From: Atribacterota bacterium
GTDB taxonomy: Bacteria; Atribacterota; Phoenicimicrobiia; Phoenicimicrobiales; Stramentimicrobiaceae
Direction of reading: 5' to 3'
DNA: 29,939 bases
Assembly: GCA_040767965.1 (NCBI GenBank)
Contig: JAXGNR010000016.1
Location: 1 to 29,939 of the forward strand
Position 1 is the first letter of the stretch. Every line of letters starts with the position of its first letter. Both the position numbers and the translations under genes were made by a program. Under the pieces are notes generated by a model, which searched no databases, had not been told where the DNA came from, and was given only the letters and a program-made list of their open reading frames with translations. Below, in pieces: positions 18,202 through 27,186 of the stretch.

Positions 18202-18632
18202 TTGATAGTGAGTAGTTTTCAGATTTTAGTTTATAGTTTTCAGAAAAAGAAATCCTGTTTATCTATACTTGAATTCTACAATATACCGTTTTTATTTTTG
18301 AAAAAAAGAAAAGGAAAAGTTGATTACTTAAAGTTTTATAGCCTGGAATAATAGAATATTGGAAAAGTGCAATTTACTTTTTAATGTATTCAATTGTTTT
18401 TAACTAAATACTAACTACCAACTACTATCGACTAATCAGGCAATCTCATGCATTTATAAAAAAGTATCGCGTCGTTAGTATCGTATATGTAGTTGAAAAA
18501 TCGTAATTAGTTAGAAATGTATTCTAATTCTTTAAGCTCTATACTCGGTACATTATTCCAATATTCCAGCATTCTACTCTTGAAGGCTTATATGGTATTT
18601 CCTCTAACAACCAAATACCAACAGCAAATAGC
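18202..18632. repeat. Mosaic of 7-bp and 8-bp tandem arrays between two TA modules
   Basis: ttgatag tgagtag ttttcag attttag tttatag ttttcag (18202-43); TGGAA octamers 18342-73; inverted heptamers 18397-436; gtatcgc gtcgtta gtatcgt at 18464; TTCCA octamers 18547-78; heptamers 18605-32. Confidence 0.82.
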
Positions 18633-18670
18633 TATTCTACTTCATATCTTGGATATTGTGATTTTTATGC

Positions 18671-18724
18671 TTGCAAAAAAATATAATTATAGTATAATAT
18701 TGTTATCATATGATAACAATATTA
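18671..18724 (+). promoter_or_regulatory. Promoter with a perfect 30-bp palindromic operator upstream of the mqsR-like gene
   Basis: TTGCAA (18671)-16 bp-TATAAT (18693); palindrome TAATATTGTTATCAT|ATGATAACAATATTA at 18695-18724. Confidence 0.75.
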
Positions 18725-18742
18725 AATTTGGGGGATAATTAA

Positions 18743-19148
18743 ATTCAGCCAAATATTGAAATTATTAAATTTATCTTATTTAAAATAAAAAACATTATAT
18801 CACAAGGTTACTATGAATTTATGGGTACTCGCAAAGAAAACCTGAAAACATTAATTGAATTAGGTTTAAATTATAAACTAGTAAAAGATGAACTTCTAAG
18901 TCTGCTGCCGCAGGATTACTCAGGAGGGCCTATAAAAGATTTTGATCAAGTATATTATAAAGGCGAATCAATTTGGATATTTGGTAAAAGCATCCAAAAC
19001 AAAATAATATACATTAAATTAAAATAAGGGAAAACAAAAAAACGAAGAAGTAATTTGCATATCTTTCCATATTGCAAAATATCCTATGAAATTTCTAAAT
19101 GAAAGTACCTTTTTCTATCTCCAGGAGGTAATGAAAAATGGTAATTAA
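18743..19148 (+). CDS. MqsR-like (RelE superfamily) toxin, frameshifted near 19020-19045; ends approximate
   Basis: RKENLKTLIELG...DYSGGP...IWIFGK...IYIKLK, then VICISFHIAKYP in a shifted frame. Possible ATT start after GGGGGA. Confidence 0.75.
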
Positions 19149-20141
19149 TAAAAATAATACTAAAATTATTAAAAAAGCTACCTATGAAGTTAAAGGCGAA
19201 CCGATTGAAATAACGGAAAAAGTTCGAATTAATATGGCTAATAATCAAGAGATGATTGACGAAAAGTTGGAAGATGAAAACTTAGAAAAAATTTACAATC
19301 AATATCGCAAGAAAAAGGCCTACTAACACCTGCGCAAATAAGAAATATTAGGGGAAATACGGGTTAAGTCAAAGAGCTTTTTCTCGTATTTTAGGTTGGG
19401 GCGAAATCACCATCCATCGTTATGAAAGTGGGGCTTTACAAGATAGGTCTATAATGATTATCTGTGTTTTATTGCAAAATCCCAATAATATGAAAAAACT
19501 GTTAGAAGAGAATAAAAATAGGATAAACCGAAAGGATTATCTGCAGATTAAAAATAATATTCAAAATATCATGATTAAGGATATAGATAAAAAAATTGAA
19601 GAAAATATTTGAAGAAAAAATATTTTAATGAAGTATTGGACGAATATTGTGGTTTTACTCAGTTTAATTATGAAAAAATGGTAAACATGATTCTATTCTT
19701 CGCCTTAAAATTTAATCGGCTCTTTAAAACAAAAACTTATGAAATTATTATTTTACTGTGACTTTATCCATTTTTCATGACTATACTCTCTCCATAAGCG
19801 GATTAAAATACCTGAAAAACCATTATGGGCCTACGCCAATAAAACATGAACTACTATTAGGAGAATTATTCGATAAATATATTACCTACAAAGTAGATTA
19901 TGTTAATTCTTCTGAGGAATGTATAGAAGAGTATGAAACAATCAAGCCTTTGGAAAAGCCAAATTTATCTATCTTTTCCAAAGAAGAGATAAATAGTATC
20001 AATAAAGTCCTGAAAAGTTTTAAATTTCTTACTTCTGAAAAAATATCTGAATATTCACATCAGGAAAAAGCCTGGAAAGAAACAAAAGTAAAACAATTGA
20101 TCAATTATAAGTATGCAAAAGATATGATGTTATTTAAATAA
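19138..20141 (+). pseudogene. MqsA-like-HTH-Panacea (DUF4065/SocA) antitoxin, several frameshifts
   Basis: YEVKGEPIEI...YNQYRKKK / GLLTPAQIRNIR / YGLSQRAFSRILGWGEITIHRYESG / KLMKLLFYCD / HYGPTP...SEYSHQEKAW, in successive frames. Confidence 0.82.
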
Positions 20142-20330
20142 TTTATCTGCAAAGATATTTTTAAAATTTTTAATTCCATAATCATCAATATTGCTCTTCA
20201 TACATACATGTTCTGGCAATTTTTTCACAATAAAGTATATGAAATTTCTTCGTTGCGTTTCATTCATTTTAATAACGAATGATGTCTGTAGTTTTGTGTC
20301 TATCTTTTAACCTTTTGTGGGAGTAATTGG

Positions 20331-20394
20331 ATGAGATTGCTTCGTCACTGCGCTCCTCGTAATGACAAAAAAAGGAATATGTCTGGCAATGACA
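20331..20394 (+). repeat. Second family of REP/RPE-like element (GAGATTGCTTCG...CTCGTAATGAC) plus a partial copy
   Basis: atgagattgcttcgtcactgcgctcctcgtaatgaca and ctggcaatgaca; a degenerate relative lies near 20241-20277. Confidence 0.6.
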
Positions 20395-20404
20395 AAAGAG
20401 AAAA

Positions 20405-20451
20405 CCCCCTCACCCTAACCCTCTCCCTCCACGGGGAGAGGGAATTATTGA
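20405..20451 (+). repeat. 47-bp REP-like palindromic repeat, copy 3, abutting the IS3 left end
   Basis: One mismatch to 17143-17189; its final TGA is also the first 3 nt of the IS. Confidence 0.95.
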
Positions 20452-20516
20452 ACCTCCCCCGCTTTACTGGACAGAAAGATAAGGCTATAATTTAAACCAT
20501 TGGAGGTTCAAGTATT

Positions 20517-20816
20517 ATGGAAAGAAAATTAAGACAGTATACGCAGGAATTCAAGAAAGAAGCAGTGGAGTATTCCCTGGCATCTGAGAAATCTGTCAAA
20601 GAGGTGGCAAAAGACCTGGGTATATCTTATCATAACTTAGACCGCTGGCGCACCCAGTATCGTAAACGCAAAGAGCTAGCTTTCCCAGGTCATGGCAAGC
20701 AAAAGTTGACTGCCCAGGAAGAAGAAAACCAGAGACTTAAAAAAGAACTTGCCGATATCCAGATTGAGCGTGACATCTTAAAAAAAGCCTTGGCCATCTT
20801 CACGAAAAAACAGTAG
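20517..20816 (+). CDS. IS3 transposase OrfA (HTH + leucine zipper)
   Basis: [12 protein letters not shown]...VAKDLGIS...[22 protein letters not shown]. Confidence 0.95.
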   Translation: MERKLRQYTQEFKKEAVEYSLASEKSVKEVAKDLGISYHNLDRWRTQYRKRKELAFPGHGKQKLTAQEEENQRLKKELADIQIERDILKKALAIFTKKQ

Positions 20817-21685
20817 ATTACTATCTGTTTATCCGGGAACACACCAAAGAATTTAGTGTTAAGAAGAAGTGCCAGGTACTTTCAGTTTCCCGGTCCGGCT
20901 ATTACTATTGGCTAAGAGAACCCATTAGCCAAAGAAAGATAAAAGATATGCAGTTAAAAGAACAAATACGAATAATCTATTACCAGAGTCATAAGAGATA
21001 TGGCAGTCCCCGTATCTACCAAAAGTTATTACGGCAAGGCTATACTATTGGCAAAAAGCGTGTGGAAAGATTAATGTCCGATATGGGTATACAGGCAGTA
21101 GCCAAAAGAAAATACAAGGCTACCACTGACTCAAGCCATGGTAGACCGGTTGCCGACAATCTCTTAGACCGTCATTTTACACCCGAGAAGCCCAATACAT
21201 CATGGGTGGCTGATATTACCTACATCTGGACATCTGAAGGCTGGCTTTATCTTTCTACCATCATGGATCTGTATTCACGCAGGATTATCGGCTGGTCATT
21301 ACGGGAGAGATTAACCAAGGATTTAGTCATTGCTGCACTTAACATGGCCCTAAAACAGCGCAATCTTTCTTCTGACTTGCTTATCCATTCTGACAGGGGC
21401 AGCCAGTATGCCAGTGAACTTTATCAGTTGCTTTTGTTAAAGAATGGTATACTATGTTCTATGAGTGGCAAAGGTAATTGCTGGGATAATGCCGTGATGG
21501 AAAGTTTTTACCGCAGCCTGAAGGTAGAATTGATTTATCAGAATCATTACCAGACAAGAAGAGAAGCACAAAGAGATATCTTTGAATACATTGAAATTTT
21601 TTACAATAGGGAAAGGTTACATTCCTCTTTAGGATATTACACCCCGGAGGAATATGAAAACTTAATGTTAACAAAAACGTCTTAA
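20780..21685 (+). CDS. IS3 transposase OrfB (DDE), joined to OrfA by -1 frameshift
   Basis: Slippery A7G at 20780-87. The -1 frame is open through [12 protein letters not shown] into [15 protein letters not shown] and DNAVMESF. Confidence 0.93.
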   Translation, partial: KKSLGHLHEKTVDYYLFIREHTKEFSVKKKCQVLSVSRSGYYYWLREPISQRKIKDMQLKEQIRIIYYQSHKRYGSPRIYQKLLRQGYTIGKKRVERLMSDMGIQAVAKRKYKATTDSSHGRPVADNLLDRHFTPEKPNTSWVADITYIWTSEGWLYLSTIMDLYSRRIIGWSLRERLTKDLVIAALNMALKQRNLSSDLLIHSDRGSQYASELYQLLLLKNGILCSMSGKGNCWDNAVMESFYRSLKVELIYQNHYQTRREAQRDIFEYIEIFYNRERLHSSLGYYTPEEYENLMLTKTS

Positions 21686-21834
21686 CTTGGTGTCCGGATT
21701 ATCGGGGGAAGACCACATTACTGGCTACTTATTATTTATAACTGTACTTAATATGCGATACTAATTACTATTCTGACTGGCAGACTATAGTATTCACCCA
21801 AGCTTGAATTTTTAATATTTCCATTGTAAAAAAT

Positions 21835-21892
21835 TTGACATTTTAAATATGAGATATTAATATATAGTTAGTTAGTTAATTTAATTAATAAA
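21835..21892 (+). promoter_or_regulatory. Putative promoter and ROK-type operator
   Basis: TTGACA-17 bp-TAATAT, followed by the AT-rich near-palindrome TTAGTTAA-T-TTAATTAA. Confidence 0.5.
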
Positions 21893-21988
21893 GATAATGA
21901 AATCTTCAGAAAGCTTAATCCGAATAAAATTTTGAATAACATTACAGAAATATATTTTCTACTTTAAAAAATGAAATGGATTGATTAA

Positions 21989-23131
21989 ATGGATATAAAG
22001 AACATTAATCAAGGTTTAGTTTTAAAGGTTATTGAAAATAACGGTCCTATTTCCAGAGCAGCCATCGGAAAGATAATCGGTTTAACTCCACCTACTATTT
22101 CTGCCATTGTCAGGGATTTAATTAACAGGGGTATTGTCAGCGAAATTGGAAAAGGTGATTCTTCCGGTGGTAAAAAACCAATCTTAATACAGATAAATTC
22201 TGAAAGTGCATATATAATTGCTGTAGATTTAGGAAGCGAAAATGGAATAAGAGTAGCTTTGATGGATTTATCCTGTGATATTGTTAAAGAAAAATCCTAC
22301 CACGAGAAAGACCCTTTCACTATCCAAAATCTTAAAAATACCCTTAGCATTATCATAAATGATTTTTTAGAAGAGATAGAAATTCCACTAAAAAAAATAT
22401 TAAATATCTGTATCGGTGTTCCGGGAATAATAGATTATAATGAAATGAAAATCACCGCTGCTCCATATTTAAATTGGGAAATATCAATTAATGATCTAAG
22501 TTTAAGCGAACCTGATATACCTATTATTCTTGAGAACGATGTTAATCTGATGGCATTAGGGGAAAAAGCGAAGGGAATTGCACAGGAGTTTGATAATTTT
22601 GTATTTGTTGGAGAAAGAACCGGGATAGGTGCTGGCATCATAATTAACGGAAAGCTTCATCAAGGCGCTAACAATGCCGTGGGAGAGATAGGCTATCTTC
22701 TTGTTGATCCTGAATATGCTCCTAAAAATTCCAAAGATTTTGGCTGCCTGGAAAAATTAGCCAGTTCCAGGGTTATTATTGAAAAGGCGCGAAAGAGGAT
22801 AGGGAAGCAGGTTAAGATAATGGAAATATTTAAACTTGCTGCTGAGGGTGACAGTGTTGCAGCTGGTATTATTAAAGAGACATTGAAATTTTTAGCTTAT
22901 GGAATTGGAAATATTTCATGTGTTCTAAATCCGGAGTTAGTTGTTATCGGAGGCGGAATATCAATTTTACCGTCCATTTTTTTAGAAGAAATCAAAACAG
23001 CACTTCAGAACATTGTTCCATTTGTTCCCAGGATAGAATTTTCAAAATTGAGAGAGGATAGTGTTTTAATCGGCGCTGCGGTAAAAGTATTTGCACCTTT
23101 AAAAAAGAACGGGTTAGCACCCATTAATTAA
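21989..23131 (+). CDS. ROK family transcriptional repressor (XylR/NagC-like)
   Basis: N-terminal HTH (GPISRAAI...GLTPPTIS), SSGGKKP, ENDVN, GIGAGII, GEIG, GCLE. Confidence 0.95.
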   Translation: MDIKNINQGLVLKVIENNGPISRAAIGKIIGLTPPTISAIVRDLINRGIVSEIGKGDSSGGKKPILIQINSESAYIIAVDLGSENGIRVALMDLSCDIVKEKSYHEKDPFTIQNLKNTLSIIINDFLEEIEIPLKKILNICIGVPGIIDYNEMKITAAPYLNWEISINDLSLSEPDIPIILENDVNLMALGEKAKGIAQEFDNFVFVGERTGIGAGIIINGKLHQGANNAVGEIGYLLVDPEYAPKNSKDFGCLEKLASSRVIIEKARKRIGKQVKIMEIFKLAAEGDSVAAGIIKETLKFLAYGIGNISCVLNPELVVIGGGISILPSIFLEEIKTALQNIVPFVPRIEFSKLREDSVLIGAAVKVFAPLKKNGLAPIN

Positions 23132-23331
23132 ATTGAAAAAATTGACAAAATTAGGGCCCCAAGGTATGAATCCATTGAGTGGAGAAAGTATTCCTGAAAA
23201 TTAAAAACCTTACTGTCATGAATAAAAAAACATAAATTAATTCTGATAAAGGCGGTGATGTGAATATAAATAGCAAGTGTTTGAAATGTAAATAAGAGGA
23301 AAATATTAAATAAATTCAGGAGGATTTTGTA

Positions 23332-24288
23332 ATGAAAAGATACATAAAATCATTTGTTCTAACCATGTTGCTTTTAGCTTTTGTATTTGCTGTGTTTTCA
23401 GTTTCTTCTGCCCAGGAAGAAAAACCCAATGTAGCAGTATTACTTCCGGGAAGCGTTGAATTTTTTAGTGTCCAGCGTAGAGGTATAGACCAGGCAGCCG
23501 AGGATTATGGTTTAGATATAATATATGCAGATGCTGAATGGGATGCAGGAAAACAGCTTTCCCAGGTCGAAAACTTTATCGTTAGAGGTGTAGATGCAGT
23601 TATGCTCTGTACCGCAGATAATATGGGCTTAATTCCTGCAGTACAACTATGCAATGAAGCAAATATTCCTTTGATAACTTTTACCAATGCCCTTGGCACA
23701 GATCCTGAAGGTAAATTTCCAGGAGTAGTATCTTTTATCGGCAGATCTGAGATTGGGGCAGGGATTATTCAGGCTGAAATGGCTGCACAGCTTTTAGGTG
23801 ACAAAGAAGCAAATATAGTGCTGATTGAAGGCCAACCGGGAACTTTTGCCCAGAGAATGAGGGAAGAAGGCTTTATGAAAGTTGCAGAAGAACATCCAAA
23901 CTGGAATATTGTGGAAAAGAGACCTATTGAAGGCTGGACCAAAGAAGGTTCGCTTGCATTTATGGAAGCTTTTCTCCAGAGCGGTAGACCGGTTGACCTG
24001 GTCAGCTGTCAATGGTGGAGTGGGGCAATCGCTGCAGCAATGGCATTAGAAAACGCAGGTGTCACTGATGTATATGTCACCGGGCTCGAGTATGCAAAAG
24101 AACTAGTTCCATATATTGAAAATGGAAAAGTTACAGCCAGCACTTACTTTTCAGTTGTTGAAGAAGGATACAAAGCTGTTGAGGTTACCGCAAATCATTT
24201 AAAGGGTGAAGAGGTTCCTCAATTTGTAGAAATTAAACACATTATTGTAACTCAGGATAATGTAGATGAGTTTGAACCTGAGATGTAA
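23332..24288 (+). CDS. Sugar ABC transporter substrate-binding protein (RbsB-like fold)
   Basis: Signal peptide; KQLSQVENFI.RGVDA; IEGQPG...REEGF. Confidence 0.92.
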   Translation: MKRYIKSFVLTMLLLAFVFAVFSVSSAQEEKPNVAVLLPGSVEFFSVQRRGIDQAAEDYGLDIIYADAEWDAGKQLSQVENFIVRGVDAVMLCTADNMGLIPAVQLCNEANIPLITFTNALGTDPEGKFPGVVSFIGRSEIGAGIIQAEMAAQLLGDKEANIVLIEGQPGTFAQRMREEGFMKVAEEHPNWNIVEKRPIEGWTKEGSLAFMEAFLQSGRPVDLVSCQWWSGAIAAAMALENAGVTDVYVTGLEYAKELVPYIENGKVTASTYFSVVEEGYKAVEVTANHLKGEEVPQFVEIKHIIVTQDNVDEFEPEM

Positions 24289-24371
24289 TCAGGTGCAAGT
24301 ATCAGTAATATGTAAATATCAATTGTTGTAAGTAATATGATGGGGGCAAATAAATATATTTGTTTTAAATT

Positions 24372-25622
24372 ATGAAAAAAAAGTGGATTAGTTGCCAAAT
24401 TGTTCTAAATAATATTGAGACTGATGCCTTAATAAAAAATGATTATCTAAAGAGGAAAATAGCGATTGCCAAAGAAACGCTTGATCTGGATGCCATAATT
24501 ATATGGCCTGATAATCATAAAAAGAATCTTGCCTTGATCCAGGAAGTCTGTTCAAACTTTAAGATTAAGACTTATCTTTGGTACCCGGTTTTAGCTGACA
24601 TATCTGCCTTTCAAATTAAACCTGAACAGTCTGTGGAAGCATTTAATGGAAAACCTGGTCATGGAAAAATCGGTCGCTGGAAGAAATTAGGGCATGTGGA
24701 GGAAGATTTTTTATTTCTATGTCCAAATGAAGAAAAATATGTAATGGAAGTTTTTAAACACTATCAGAAACAATTATTGGAAGAGGGGTTTGATGGTGTT
24801 CTATTGGACAGGATTCGATTCCCTTCACCTGCCAATGGTTTTGAAACACTTTTTACCTGTTTTTGTCAGGCATGCCAGGATAAGTTTCAAAAAGATTATA
24901 ATGAGGACCTAAACCATTATCGCGATAAGATAAAAGATTTATTGCAAGAATTAAAAGATATGAAAATAAAAGATTTTTCAGGTTACAGAAACCTGTCTGA
25001 TGTAATTATTCGCAATAACCTGACTAAATTTTATAATTTCCGGGAAAACAGTATATTTCAGCTTACAAAAATGTTTGCAGATTATGCAAAACAAAATGGA
25101 AAAACAGTAGGATTAAATTTATTTGCCCCCTCAATTGCATATTTATCAGCCCAGAATTACAAATTATTATCAGGTATTTGTGACTGGATTAAACCCATGT
25201 TGTATTGCCATACTGCAGGACCAGCAGGTCTTCCTCTGGAATTTTCCTGTTTTACTGAAGCCATAATGAACATTAATCCTGATTTAAAAGAACACAAGTT
25301 AATCCGTGAAATTAGCAGGATACTTGGAGTAAATCTACCCGGTTCAATAAATGATATTTTAGAAAAAGGTGTTACTGAGAACATTATTTATCAGGAAATA
25401 AAGCAAATACAGAATTATAACTTAAAAGAAGGTGTAAATATTTATCCAGGTTTGGATTCAGTACAAATTCGCGGGATATCTTATGTAGATAAACAAATTT
25501 TGGAAAAATATTTAAGTTTGATTTTTGAGCTTAATCTAAAAGGTATGATTATGTCCTGGAATCTGTTGAAGATACCAGACGAAAATATAAAATTTGTAGG
25601 TGATTTCTTATTAAAACAGTAA
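24372..25622 (+). CDS. Uncharacterised putative TIM-barrel, glycoside-hydrolase-like protein
   Basis: LCPN...FDGVLLDRIRFP...CFCQAC...DWIKPMLY resembles GHL10/DUF187-like barrels; it lies inside a sugar ABC operon. Confidence 0.6.
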   Translation: MKKKWISCQIVLNNIETDALIKNDYLKRKIAIAKETLDLDAIIIWPDNHKKNLALIQEVCSNFKIKTYLWYPVLADISAFQIKPEQSVEAFNGKPGHGKIGRWKKLGHVEEDFLFLCPNEEKYVMEVFKHYQKQLLEEGFDGVLLDRIRFPSPANGFETLFTCFCQACQDKFQKDYNEDLNHYRDKIKDLLQELKDMKIKDFSGYRNLSDVIIRNNLTKFYNFRENSIFQLTKMFADYAKQNGKTVGLNLFAPSIAYLSAQNYKLLSGICDWIKPMLYCHTAGPAGLPLEFSCFTEAIMNINPDLKEHKLIREISRILGVNLPGSINDILEKGVTENIIYQEIKQIQNYNLKEGVNIYPGLDSVQIRGISYVDKQILEKYLSLIFELNLKGMIMSWNLLKIPDENIKFVGDFLLKQ

Positions 25623-25627
25623 CAGAT

Positions 25628-27133
25628 ATGAAAAAAAATAATCCCTTATTAAAGGTAATAAAATTAAGAAAGACTTTCCCCGGGGTAGTCGCACTGAATA
25701 ATATAGATTTAGAGATAAATGAGGGTGAAGTACATGCCCTGGTAGGAGAAAACGGAGCCGGAAAATCGACATTGATTAAATCAATAGTTGGTGCGTATAA
25801 AAAAGATTCAGGTGAAATCTTTTTTGATAACCAAAAAGTGGACTTTAATTCACCTGCCCAGGCTTTTCAAAGTGGAATCAGCGCGATTTATCAGGAAAAC
25901 AGTCTGATACCACAATTAACTGTTATACAAAACATTTTTTTGGGAGCAGAGCAGTTCACCAGATTAGGCATAATTGATGAAAAAAAGATTTACCAGCAAT
26001 ATTTGGAGATTACCGAACAGTTGGGGTTTGAATTATCTCCTCATGATAAAGTAAGAGATTTGGGAGTAGCAGAACAAAAATTGGTAGAGATTTTAAAAGC
26101 CCTAATTCACAAAGCTAAATTTATTATTATGGACGAGCCGACTGCTTCCTTATCAGCAGATGAAATAGAACATCTTTTTAGAATCATTTCTGAACTAAAA
26201 TCAAATCATATAAGTATTTTATATATCACCCATCTTTTAGGAGAAGTGTTCAGGATTGCAGACCGAATTACAATTTTAAGAGATGGTGAAAAAATAGATA
26301 CTGTTTCTACCAAAGAGGTGGATCAGGAGAAAGTGATTACCATGATGGTCGGAGAGACTTTAAAAGATGCTTATACTTCTAAATTTACCGGACATGAAAA
26401 ATGCCTGGAAACTGTCTTAAAGGTAGAGAACCTGAAGAGAAAACCCAGAGTAAACGGTATTTCATTTAAAGCTTGCGCAGGAGAGGTTCTTGGCATTGCA
26501 GGTCTCAGGGGGGCAGGAAAAACAGAGTTATCCAGGCTTATATTTGGAGCTGATAAGATGGAAAGCGGTCAAATTTTCATTAATGAAAAACCGGTCCAGA
26601 TTCAATCACCCCTTGATGCTGTTAAACAAGGTATCTCACTGGTTCCGGAAGACAGGAAAAAAGATGCCCTTATTCTTATGTTAGAACTATATAAAAATAT
26701 TACTCTTCCTACCCTGAACCAGGTTTTAAACAACGGAATTATTTCACCATCAAAAGAATATGCAATAGCAAAACAGGCGATAGAAAAATTGGACATAAGA
26801 ACTTCCGGTGTTAAGCAGATTACAAGATATTTGAGTGGAGGGAATCAGCAGAAAGTTGCCATCTCTAAATGGTTGCAGACTGAACCCAAAGTTTTAATAA
26901 TGGATGAACCCACTCAGGGAATTGATGTAAAAGCCAAGCTGGAGATTTATAATATTGTCCGTAAGCTTGCTGAAGCAGGTGTTTGTATTATATTTATATC
27001 TTCTGAAGTGCCGGAAGTAATAAAAGTCTCAGACAGGATATTAGTCTTAAGCAATGGTGTAATCACTGATGAATTTCATCAGGGCGTCACCCAGGAAGAA
27101 GTTATGAGAACTATATTGAAGAAAAGTAAATAA
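25628..27133 (+). CDS. Sugar ABC transporter ATP-binding protein (RbsA/MglA type)
   Basis: GENGAGKST, MDEPT twice, LSGGNQQK. Confidence 0.97.
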   Translation: MKKNNPLLKVIKLRKTFPGVVALNNIDLEINEGEVHALVGENGAGKSTLIKSIVGAYKKDSGEIFFDNQKVDFNSPAQAFQSGISAIYQENSLIPQLTVIQNIFLGAEQFTRLGIIDEKKIYQQYLEITEQLGFELSPHDKVRDLGVAEQKLVEILKALIHKAKFIIMDEPTASLSADEIEHLFRIISELKSNHISILYITHLLGEVFRIADRITILRDGEKIDTVSTKEVDQEKVITMMVGETLKDAYTSKFTGHEKCLETVLKVENLKRKPRVNGISFKACAGEVLGIAGLRGAGKTELSRLIFGADKMESGQIFINEKPVQIQSPLDAVKQGISLVPEDRKKDALILMLELYKNITLPTLNQVLNNGIISPSKEYAIAKQAIEKLDIRTSGVKQITRYLSGGNQQKVAISKWLQTEPKVLIMDEPTQGIDVKAKLEIYNIVRKLAEAGVCIIFISSEVPEVIKVSDRILVLSNGVITDEFHQGVTQEEVMRTILKKSK

Positions 27134-27186
27134 ATTTTACAAATTGTGTAAAAAATATTTAAAAAAATACTAATAGAGAAAAGGTT

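Larger units (their letters stand above)
20449..21715 (+). mobile_element. IS3-family insertion sequence (1267 bp), apparently intact
   Basis: TG...CA ends. IRL TGAACCTCCCCCGCTTTACTGGACA vs reverse-complemented IRR TGGTCTTCCCCCGATAATCCGGACA (17/25). orfA/orfB present. Promoter TTTACT-17-TATAAT at 20463-20491. No perfect target duplication visible. Confidence 0.96.

Noticed and set aside
17105-18738. ORFs 17105-17350(+), 17745-18038(-) and 18517-18738(+)
   Set aside because: Translations of REP or periodic repeats, or antisense to the PIN gene; no RBS or domain signal.
21716-21720. Target-site duplication for the intact IS3
   Set aside because: The left flank ends TTAT and the right flank starts CATT, so there is no exact 3-4-bp repeat.
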